This document shows positions 48,441 to 58,239 of a stretch of 64,000 nucleotides of DNA, piece by piece (positions within the stretch are counted from its first letter, which is position 1; every line of letters begins with the position of its first letter). The notes beneath the pieces were generated by a model that had not been told where the DNA came from, made no database searches, and saw only the letters and a program-made list of their open reading frames with translations. Origin of the DNA: Amoebophrya sp. A120 (Eukaryota; Protista; Dinoflagellata); the NCBI GenBank assembly GCA_905178155.1, contig CAJINV010000015.1, positions 1,035,907 through 1,099,906 of the forward strand. Direction: 5' to 3'. The translations under genes were made by a program, and so were the position numbers.

Positions 48441-51400
48441 CTACGGCAGAATCGAAAACACCTTGAAAAAGTCCTCGTCCTGGGCAATGATCTCTGCACG
48501 GATTTTCTCAGCCTTTGCCATCGCCTCGTCCGCCTCCCTCAGAAGTCGCATCCTGTGTAAAAACGCCCCCACCCCAGAGCTGTCATGCAGATTTGCCGTG
48601 ACAGAAACATTTGTGATGCGCATCCCCATGACAAGCGTTTTCGATCGTGTTTGGGAATTTGTAATGCTGTACAGAGGACAAGCAGATCGATTTGTAATGC
48701 GGCTGTCCTTCCTAACTTGCACTACCTTACGCACTGCAACTTGTCATGCGTCACTTCGAAAACTCCTAGGTTTGTGTTGCAAAATGCCCATCGTGACTCT
48801 GGGGTGGGGACGTTTTTACCTAGGATAAATCGCTTGTTGTAGGTATCCTTCCTGTCGACCTTGTACGTCCACTGCAGTTGTATGCTCTGCAAAAGTATCG
48901 CACTCGTACAAATTGCGGTCATGCATGACAAATGTGATTTCTAAGCTAAATCAGCATGACCAATACCGCTTCTGCTATTGCCAAAATTTGTGATGCGAAT
49001 TATAAATATTGCTAGTACGATACTTTTGCAATGCATAAGTTGTTTTTTGTGTTTATTTGTTCCCCCTTTCATGCTCCCGTGCTTCAACTCGTCGAGCAGC
49101 TCCTCGTGTTTCGACGGATCCCTGATCTTCTCTAGCATCGCAAAGTCCACTGTGTCATTATGACATTCCTTCTGGTCACAGATGAGACAGTGAACGACAA
49201 TATGGATTGCAAAAATGTCTGGGTCTGGAAGGATGCAACTTGTGATGCTGCATTTGGGTATGGATTCATCTACAAAAATCTGTATTGCATGAACAGCAAA
49301 AGAGGTCCAGTTTTTGCGACGGCGAGAGGGTATTTCTCATGCGGTATAGGCATCAGGAAGCCCTCATAAAATCTGTGATGCTAGGGGATGCATCACAGAC
49401 ATCAGGGGTCATGCCAAAGCTGCATCACAAATCTCTGCATCCTTCCAGACCCAGACATTTTCGCATTTGATAGACAACCGTTTTGGCCTGCATGTACACT
49501 TCGTCATATATTCTGCGGAGCATCTATGAGAGCGCACAGCTCCCCCTCCCCCTCATTTGCTTTTGCATTGCATGAACAGCAATACAAACACCAGCACACG
49601 TGGAGCCTGTGCATGACAAACCCATGCGCCTAGTGCAGTACTGTTTGGGCTTCCCCAGGAATGTGTCATGCAAACAGTGCCACGAGGGACAGGGAGCGAC
49701 TGGATTTGCGGTTTTGCATGACAAATGAGGGGGAGGGGGAGTTCTTCACTGTCATAGCATCAACCAGGGCGCAGTGGGAAAGGGTCGGGCACAGGAGATG
49801 TACTTTTCTGGGGGAAATTGCTTGCCTGTTTTATGTATCCTGTGCAAAAGCATCGTACTCGTAGTAATCGCAGTTATGCATTACAAATCTAGTTGGTTAG
49901 GTAAATCCGCATTACAAATTTAATTTGCAATGCTGAGCCAATTTGTATTGCGATTACTATATATTATATTCATGCGAAAAAAGAGGTAGACAGAGGGTAA
50001 ACAAGAGGTGGCCGAGAGGTCAAAAAGAGGTCAAAAGAGGTAAAAAAGAGGTCGACAGAGGTGGAGAGGTGGCGCGGGACCCCTTTCGAGAGGGCCGGCG
50101 AGAGGGTGCGCGAGTATAGCCCGCCGAAGGACCCACCCTAAGGCGGCGCCTAAGTGCCTCAGAGGGTGCAGAGAGGTCAAAAAGAGGGGGCGCGAGAGTT
50201 CGACAGAGGTGGCGAGAGGTGGCGCGAATAAGGGGCGACCTCTCGCGGACCCTCTTGGCCACCTCTCGGCCACCTCTGTCGACCTCTACCCGCGAGTATA
50301 GCCGGATTATTAGCGGGGACCCCCAAAAGAGGCCAAAAAGAGGGTCTGCGAGAGGTCTGCGAGAGGGTAAAACACAAAGAAGCGGGCGCGAATCCGCATG
50401 GCACTACCCATATTTGGCACTGCAGGCCATTCGCGGAGCTGTTTTGTTCGGCGCCTTTCCGCGCCACCCTCTCGCGCCACCCTCTCGCGCACCCTCTCGC
50501 GCCACCCTCTCGCGCTACCCTCCCCCGCCGGGCGGTTTCTGTTCGCCCCCGGTGGTCTTTGCAGCTGCTCCCTGCGCAGAGCGCCCACAGGCGCGGGAAG
50601 CGCGCAAGTGGTCCTGCGGGTTGGCGCGGCGCAATGTGTTTCGTTGTGCATAGGCCCGCGGGGTTGTGGTCCTATCGGCAAACAGTCTTGCCCCGACCCA
50701 ACAGCCTTGCGCTCCGGCGGCAGCCGGAGCATGGCTGGTTTGTACTAGTGCGATGCTTTTGCAGTGCATATTATGTGACACATTCAGCTTCAGTTCCTTC
50801 ACGATATCGAAGACCTCCTGCCGCTTCTCGACCTGGGTTTTGTGCTTGGATTCCTTGTTGTGTTCGCAACTCCATTCCGTGGGTTTGTGTTTCGCGTTCC
50901 GGCACAACCGGCACTATCAACTGCAAAGCTGTCTGGGTCTGGAAACTTGTAATGCTGCGTTGGGAATATTGAATGCTCTGTAATGCACAGGCAAGCATGA
51001 GAAATATCTGCGCTTCTTTGTGTTGCGTTTTTCGCATGACAACCTGCGTTTTTGCATGATAGGCAAAAGGATCTCTTCTTGGACACGCATCACAAACTTT
51101 TTGGTCATGCCAGACAAGCATGACAAATCTCAAAATCTTCCAGAACCAGACATTTTTGCATTTGATAGGCACTTGAATTGGACGATGCCGGCGTTGTCCG
51201 AGGCACAGTAGCTGTTCATTTTCCCGTATCAAAAGTACAAAAAAGTTCGTCACGATCACTCATTGGGATGGGCATTGTCGCAATACAAAAAATGCCTGTC
51301 ATGCGTAAAAATGCATCACAGCCAAACTTCATACGGACTCTCTCTATAGAAGTGTTTCTGCAATACAAGGAAAAGTTGTGATGCTAAGAAAATTTGTAAT

Positions 51401-54400
51401 GCAAAACCTCCAAGCTAGTGACTGTGACAAACTTTTGTCTGTCCATATCTCGGGCCGCACAACCGCACAGTATCCGATGAGGTCCTGGTTGAGAAACAGC
51501 CGATTTTTCGTATGGAAGCGTCAGGATCGAAATCGACAAAGTCGAAATAATCTGTCATGCAGAAAATGCGACACAAAAAGTGACTCTATTGCAGAGAACA
51601 ACGCAAAGGAGGCAGATTGTAGTCCTGCTAAAAGTCAAGAATTGGGCTGGTGGCTAGCATGACAGAGGGGAGCTCTTTTGCCCTAAACCGCATGACATTG
51701 GTGGTCTACGGGCAGGACGTCCCGGTGGCACGACGGCCGATAAGCTTACAAATTCATTCATTCATTCACGACCCTCGCGAGTCAACGCACTTCCGATGGT
51801 GCATGCAGAAACACAAATGACAGATTCGCTTCCAGGACGAGGGAAATGCGCCATGCGCCGACTAAAAACTGTAGGTCTAACTGGCATCGATTTTGTGCAT
51901 CGCAAGTTTCTCGATTTTGTCGATTTCGATCGTGACACTCCCATACTTCGCCGTGTTGAAGTAGAGGAGATGTTCGTAGTCTTGGTACTTGTAGTACTTC
52001 AAAAAATTGTCGAAGTTCAGCTTGTTCAGCGTTTTCTATGAACTGCAAAAGCATCGCACTACGTATGAATTGCATGACAAATTTCCTCAGCATGAGAAAG
52101 AAAATTTGTAATGCGGATTTAACCTGAGAAAGAAATTTGTAATGCATGAATGCGATTAGTACGTGTGCGATACTTTTGCACAGGATATTTTCCGCGGGTC
52201 CACGACTTGACCGGTGTCCTTGTTCGGTGCGGTTTGCTTGTTTAGGTCGAACATTTGGTACTGGAGCTGCTTGTTCTTCTTCACCTCTTCCTTATCCCTG
52301 TCGGCCTGAAAATGCCAGCCCCGTTTCTGGTCCCACAAGGGTATCAAATGTAAAAGTGTCTGGGTCTGGAAGAATTCATGTTTGTCATGCTTGTCTGGCA
52401 TGACTCCTAAATCTGTCATGCACGTTACCCAAGAGCTCCGCTTTTCTGTGATGCAGAAGCGCAGTTTGTCATGCAGAATAGGCAACACCTAGGAGCTCAG
52501 AAACTTGTCATGCTGAGCCAGCATTTGTAGCCTCATCATGAGACGCCACCCAGCATCACAAGTTTCCAGACCCAGACACTTTTACATTTGATAAAGGGCT
52601 GACCGTGTCGATTCGTCCAGTAGTCCTTCATTCGGTTCTTGAACTTCCTCGCGCGGAGAAGCCGCGTGGTGCATGGGATTCTCAACTGTTACATTCTCAA
52701 CTACTGCTACATGAATTTGTGATGCAAGAATAGGAAAAGTAAAAAGAAGGAAGCCTGCTGCACCTCCCGCATTACAAATTTGGCACAGAGAAGTTTCATG
52801 CTTTTTAGTCCTTCAAAATAAATTTGTCATGCATACCCGACTGCGCCACATCGAAAACCTTTGCACCGTCGCCGCAAGCAGCTACGGCCGCAGGAGATCT
52901 AGGGTCAGAACCGCGAAAAACATCGCGAGTATTTCTTCATCCCCGGGCACTTATGTTATCTTTACCGTACTTCTCGCTAACACTGTATGAGCTGCTGCAG
53001 ACACACTGTGACAGGGAAAAACACAGGCGCCACAATACTAGAACCCACTTTCTAAATAGTATACGGAAAACTGGCAGGCACCTGTCGCACAAAAGAAATA
53101 GCAACAGGCGCGGGTACAGAGTCCGAGAAAGTTTTGGCTAGCTTACGAGGAGATTGCTGATTGAAAACCAACAATGCTCGTAGAAGGTGTCACAACTGGC
53201 GTCGACAGTTGTGAGAAGAGCGCACCTGATTGGCAAGACAGCGAAAACGGATTTACAGGCCGCGAAGCGTTCTCATGTGTGAAAACCTGCCAAACCGTCC
53301 GTAGCTCACCTTCTTCAAGCGTTCGTGGCCGCGAAGTCGTGGGCGTAGCATGATGAAAGGTAGACGGCTGGGCTTTCTCATCGAAGGCAGATTTCCGTCT
53401 GCGAGCATCTTCTTCAACAGCGGCCAGAATTCAGCTCGCGGAGAGGGTCGCCGTCCTCTCTCCGGGTTTCCGCTGTATGTCCTCTCGTGCCACCAACTAT
53501 CTCCGCCCCGGAATGGGGCTAGCCTAGCTCGCATCTATTGTGCGCCCTTAGCTCGCGATTGCGAGGCTAGGGAACAAGTCTCTATTGGACTTGTTGCTAT
53601 TGTGGCTAGCCCTCCCCCTCTGCTCGTCGGGAGAGAAGATTCGCACCGCTTCGGTTCCACTTGTCACGCACGTGCTAAATACCGCTTGGAACTGCCATCC
53701 GTCTGCCCTGGCTCTGCGCACCGAGAAGCCCCGGCGCCATCTGCTCCGTGCTCTCTCCCCTGGCTCTGGCTCGGCGCAAATGCTTTGCGCGGAGGAGTTG
53801 GCAGCAACGCATCTTTATTGCGTGCCCCTACACATCTTTATTGCGTGCTTACGGGAGCGAGCCATCTGGATTGCGGCTCACTGCTGCAAACTCCTAGCGC
53901 GCCGCCGCATTTGCAACCTACCTCCCTCCAGCGGGGGCCGCCTTCCTCACAGGTCCGCCCGTGCCGACCTGATTTATCGCTGACACCCCGGGTAGCCCAC
54001 CATCGCCGCGCCGTCGGCTGGTTAGTCCGGTACCATGGCGGTCGCTGCTGGGACGATCTCCGGCGCCGCCGTGTCTTGCTGACGATGTACAACTTGGGCG
54101 AATTCCCGTGGAAGAGTGCCCGCAGCCCCGCACAAAATCCAGTCGAGCCACCGTGCGCAGCGACACGGACACCAGCCCGCACATAATCCGCAGGACATTT
54201 TTCCAAGAGGAGCAGGAGCACACAGACGTAAGGGTCGCAGCTCTACTGCAGATCAGGAGAAAAGAATGCGAATGCTGAATAGCGGAAGAGAGAAAATAAG
54301 CAAAAACGAAAAATGTCGAGGAAACCTATTGACTACGTCGGGCCTCTAAACTACTGCAATCTGTAAAGGCTAATGGTATGCATTTACTCACGCAGAGGGT

Positions 54401-55054
54401 CGCTGTCGGAAAAATTAACTGTGCTCAGCGGATCCCCCCCACCACCGGGGCAGGGGTTGGCATATTAAGGATCTTGAGCCAAAATGGCTACGGAGTGGCT
54501 TTCTCGTGTGGATGCTCATGCTGATGTCGATCTCGATGTGGATTCTGCATTGCAAAACTTATGCAACAGTATGAGAATGTAACGTTTGAGAACTCCATAT
54601 GGTGGCTCTGCCGATCAGTAGGTCGGGGTGGATTTCAAAGCCGAAGTCATTCTTGCTGTTCTCTTTGTCCGCGAGGTACTCGGACGTGAACTCTGGGTCG
54701 ATGGGTTTCTGCGCAGGAAAGAGCTGCTTCTGGACTTGCCGCAGCTGCTGTTGCGCAGACCGACCTTTGGTTGTCAGGTCCAGCACCGAATATGCATTGC
54801 AAATGTATCGTCCTCGTAGTAATCCTAATGCTAATCCTAATCGCAGTCATGCAAAGTATACAAATCTCGTTTTCGTTCCCAAGGTATCCATTAAAGCAGC
54901 ATGGCAAATTCCATTTCTCATGCTGGGGAAATTTGCCATGCGACTTCCACTAGTACGATAACGAGACTTTTGCAATGCATACCGAGTCCGGTATGTCGAT
55001 GTCCCGCTCGGCCGCTTTTGCGCGGGTAGTGGTGGAAGCGGACGAGGACGGCAT
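48441..55054 (-). CDS. ~415-aa protein with putative U1/matrin-type C2H2 zinc fingers; 13 exons separated only by introners
   Basis: Removing 12 elements gives one open frame: MPSSSASTTT...GRATTRLLRARKFKNRMKDYW...FKCRLCRNAKHKPTEWSCEHNKESKHK...VHCLICDQKECH...TNKHKKQLQW...FFKVFSILP*. Confidence 0.8.
48549..48827. mobile_element. Introner family F
   Basis: TSD agtcg/aatcg; IR gtaaaaacgYccccaccccagag. Confidence 0.88.
48881..49037. mobile_element. Introner family B
   Basis: TSD agttg. Confidence 0.9.
49201..49472. mobile_element. Introner family A
   Basis: TSD gacaa. Confidence 0.92.
49525..49756. mobile_element. Introner family E (opposite orientation to 37704/38627)
   Basis: TSD gcatc. Confidence 0.9.
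49836..50770. mobile_element. Introner family B carrying ~0.78 kb repeat-rich cargo
   Basis: TSD ttatg; excision restores VSH/KTGK. Confidence 0.88.
49975..50520. repeat. Degenerate AGAGG(T/G) minisatellite in both orientations
   Basis: ~10-13-bp period units (caaaagaggt, gcgagaggg) and reverse-complement blocks (ccaccctctcgcg x4 at ~50464-50514). Confidence 0.8.
50915..51167. mobile_element. Introner family A
   Basis: TSD ggcac; it splits the CxxC motif. Confidence 0.92.
51227..51447. mobile_element. Introner (IR aaaagttYgtcac..tcact)
   Basis: TSD tcccg/tctcg. Confidence 0.82.
51511..51945. mobile_element. Introner (IR gatcgaaatcgacaaa.tcga), 435 bp
   Basis: TSD tttcg/cttcg; TAT/ATA ends. 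Confidence 0.87.
52037..52187. mobile_element. Introner family B
   Basis: TSD ttttc; close copy of 28508-28652. Confidence 0.92.
52342..52593. mobile_element. Introner family A
   Basis: TSD aaggg. Confidence 0.92.
52672..54599. mobile_element. Introner family D carrying a 1.66-kb spliced-leader-headed insert
   Basis: TSD tggtg; 52672-52832 and 54495-54599 align with the two halves of the intact copy at 27809-28044; excision restores GRAT/TRLL. Confidence 0.9.
54473..54494 (-). other. Perfect 22-nt dinoflagellate spliced leader (DinoSL), genomic copy
   Basis: The reverse complement reads TCCGTAGCCATTTTGGCTCAAG, matching the DCCGTAGCCATTTTGGCTCAAG consensus. It is followed by AT, not by a GT donor. 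Confidence 0.95.
54791..54981. mobile_element. Introner, family B-like
   Basis: TSD ccgaa/ccgag; excision restores IPDS/VLDL. Confidence 0.85.
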
Positions 55055-58012
55055 TTTCTTCACGACACGGATGGAGATACTAGTGCACCAGTTGCAGATG
55101 CTGAAGTTGAACTGCGACTGCGAGTGTGATATATTATACTTATTTCCTGGACTACAACTTCTTCTCGCACAGGTGTCGTCGTGGCAAGCACTGTTAGTAC
55201 GTAGTAATGCTTGTGTCTGTCCCCAAAAGTTCTTGCTAGATCTCGTGGTTCGCAGGGGGGGGGTGTCGTCTTCGTGCTCGATGTCGATTTTTATGTGAGT
55301 CCCGTACTATTCTTTGGCTCTCCTTCAATACAACGCGCAGGCGAAGTGCTTCCAGAGTGCTGTAGTAGTCTTTGATCCTACCAGCACTGCTACTTAAGTA
55401 CGCGACGGTCGTGTTGATCAATACGCGCAGGTCGTGATCGATGATGTTTCCTTGAAGATACTAGTGCCACTGCTACTTCACGTTCAGGAAGGTTTGATGT
55501 GCTGGCCGTCCAACAAATGATCCACTTCTACTCCAGAAGATCAGGAACACGACCAGCGCCCTCGACCACGACACAAATTAATATCGGTCGTTATTCTAGT
55601 ACTCCACCGGCGGGGATGAACCAGCCGCTGCACCTACATGAACTACAGGATGAAGAGGACGATGTAAAGAAAACGCTGGCAGAGCAGCACGGGTATGCTG
55701 GTTGAAGATGCTTCGGACGAGTGGGTGTCCTTCGATGATCTCCTGCTCGTCGAGGTGCAAAACTGAGCACTAAGGCTGGAGGAAGTCTGAGCACAGAGTC
55801 TGCTCCGTCTCGCTCCGGAAAATGTATGTGTATTCGCGCGGGAGAAAATGTATGTGTATTTGAATCGGAATCCAATCTGCTTGAAGAAAAACACGACGGC
55901 CGCGGGGGCAGACTCGTTTTCGCCAAATTATTGCCCTAGACGAGACAGGTGTAGGACAAGAAGGTCGTCGTGTCGCTTGTACTTACATTGTAGAAGTTCA
56001 GGATTCCGTTCTTCCAGAATAAAATTTGCCCGACTAAGAAGTCGAGTGGGTATTCTTTTTAGTACAACTCGCGACAACTTTGGCCGCTGCGTCGTTCCGG
56101 ATCCGGTCGATGTGCTTGTTTGCGGATGAAGATATTAATTTGTTGAAGATGATTCTGGCAGCCGAGGAACCAACTACGATAATTGGTGGTCCGCCTCCTA
56201 GTCGTGGAGCTGGTTGTCCGGGCTTTCCTTACCGTTCGCGGCTAGTACAACGTCGAAACTACAAAACTGGGCTCGGCAAACTGCGTGGAAATCTTCAGAT
56301 TGCTTGGTAGTTGTACACTGTTTGGCTTGTTGCGAAGGAACTCTTCTTGGAAAATTTAGTTTTGTCGGTGTTCGAAAGTAGGTCGCATAGTACTATACTA
56401 TCTTTAACCACTAGTGTTGACAGATGGGAATGGAACAAGTACGACTGTGCTCTTAGACCACGTAGAGTCTCTCTCAGTTGTCATCTGGTTCTGGTCGGAT
56501 GTGACGCATACAAATTTTCAGAGTCTGCACTAGAGAGGGAGGAAAAATGGCTTTTCGAAATAATATGAAGTGTAAGCAAGAAGCAGTCAACATCGGTTCT
56601 GTTTTTTCCTTGATTTTTCGGCCTTTCAATTGCTTCGCGGCGGAAAGGAGCAGGCGGATAGGTGTCACACAGTTGTGGCGAAATACGACGGGAAGCTCTA
56701 CTTCTGCAGCTTTGAACCCGGTTTCATCTCTTTGCTTTGCTGTTGCAAAAAAGTAGATCCAGAAGATCATACCCTCAGATGAACATGAATCTTCAAACGT
56801 TGTAGCCAATCATATGACGCTGTGACAGTTTTGCATTCCTGTAGGAATTGTGGTGAGCCACGTACTAGGCAACATCGTATAATGTTTGCACTTTCTGTTT
56901 CATCTCTTTCATCCACTTGTACTTCTTGTTTCTGAACATGCCGCCGCGACAAGAACCGGAACACAGTACTACCACAACAAATCGACGTCCCCTGACTGCA
57001 GGTGCAGCACTACATTTTTATAGCTGCAAGAAGCAACTACACAATACTTCTAAACCGGATTTGCTTTTTCATCTCCTGAAAATACCTAGTCCTCTTGCGT
57101 AGGATTTTTCTGCGTTCGATTCTTCAAAAAATAAGTAGCATCTGTCGAGGCTCCTCGAAGAGCAGCGCCGCGCCGAGCTTGAAAAAATCCTTTGTGATAA
57201 ATTTGTCGTGTCGCTGAAAACTAGTACGCACTTACACCGCTACGCGGACCACTGCGACTCGCTGCTATCAAAAGATACAGATGCAGCTGTCTATAGAGCA
57301 AAACTTTCGTACTCATCACAACTGGAACTTTTCATATCACGCCTGGATTCTTCGTCCAGCATATCATGGTCGAGCAAAATTTTTCTACTGCTCTCTATTC
57401 ACACGCCTCGTCGCTTTTCAAAGTAGTAGCTGTCGTTGTCAGAAGTGGTCGTGTAAATCGAGCGTAATTATGGGCGGAAAATGTGACTACAATGACTCAT
57501 AGTAGCCAGGAGGGGACGACCTCTCCACGGATTCAACATCCTCCGTTGGTCGTACAGAAAAGGGTGATACGTAAAAATGAAGAGTCGTCCAGAGATGACA
57601 GGTCGGGGAGGAAAGTAGAGTAGTAGACCTCCGCATTAAAGGAGGTCCTTCGAAAAGTAAATAAAAGTAGCTTATATAAAAGTGTGTGCCAACAATACAG
57701 ACAAGACAGCTACACACCAAATAATCCTTCGAGTGCGCCGTACCAATCAAGACTTGGCCTACACTTCTGAAAGAAAAGGTTTGTGGTGATGTTTGCAAGT
57801 CAAGCCCGCTCCTGCTCCCGTTGGAAAAGTTGAACTCGTATAAAAATTTGCGGTCGCCGAAATTTTTACTCAGCCCGAGAATATGTTGTCAAATTTTAGA
57901 CGTTGGTATTGGTTTTTGTTGGATGCGTCCCTCAGAGTAGTACAAATACTACTGACATCCATAACTCAAAAGTAGAAGTGAAAGTGAGGAAACTGAAGCA
58001 GCAGAGTTCTTG

Positions 58013-58224
58013 TATCCAAGAAAAAAACACCATCACAATCACACTTAGGAGGTTTTGCATCAGAAATTTCTCTCGCATGACAAATTTTTCTTGTAATGCA
58101 AAAACCCAAAGGGAAATCACCAATAACTCTTTACTGTGATGCATTTTTGCGCATGACAAAAATTTTAATTTTTGTATTGCAAAAATGCGCATAAGTGATT
58201 GTGATGGTGTTTTTTTCTTGAATA
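58013..58224. mobile_element. Introner in the probable 3' UTR of the aminotransferase gene
   Basis: TSD tcttg; ~29-bp perfect IR caagaaaaaaacaccatcacaatcactta; ~15 bp downstream of the stop codon. Confidence 0.9.
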
Positions 58225-58239
58225 TCTTGTTTTCTTCCT

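Noticed and set aside
2750-52488. Many short ORFs sharing MSGSGR, PDPDIF, FQTQTFLHLI or CKSIALV peptides as a protein family
   Set aside because: They are translations of introner TIRs in different frames.
53350-54186. 278-aa plus-strand ORF as a transposase or reverse transcriptase for the introners
   Set aside because: No DDE, RT or tyrosine-recombinase motifs are recognisable and it is antisense to the SL. I found no autonomous element in this window.
54400-54494. Functional SL RNA gene
   Set aside because: No GT donor follows the 22-mer and it sits exactly at an insertion boundary. A possible downstream hairpin means it is not fully excluded.
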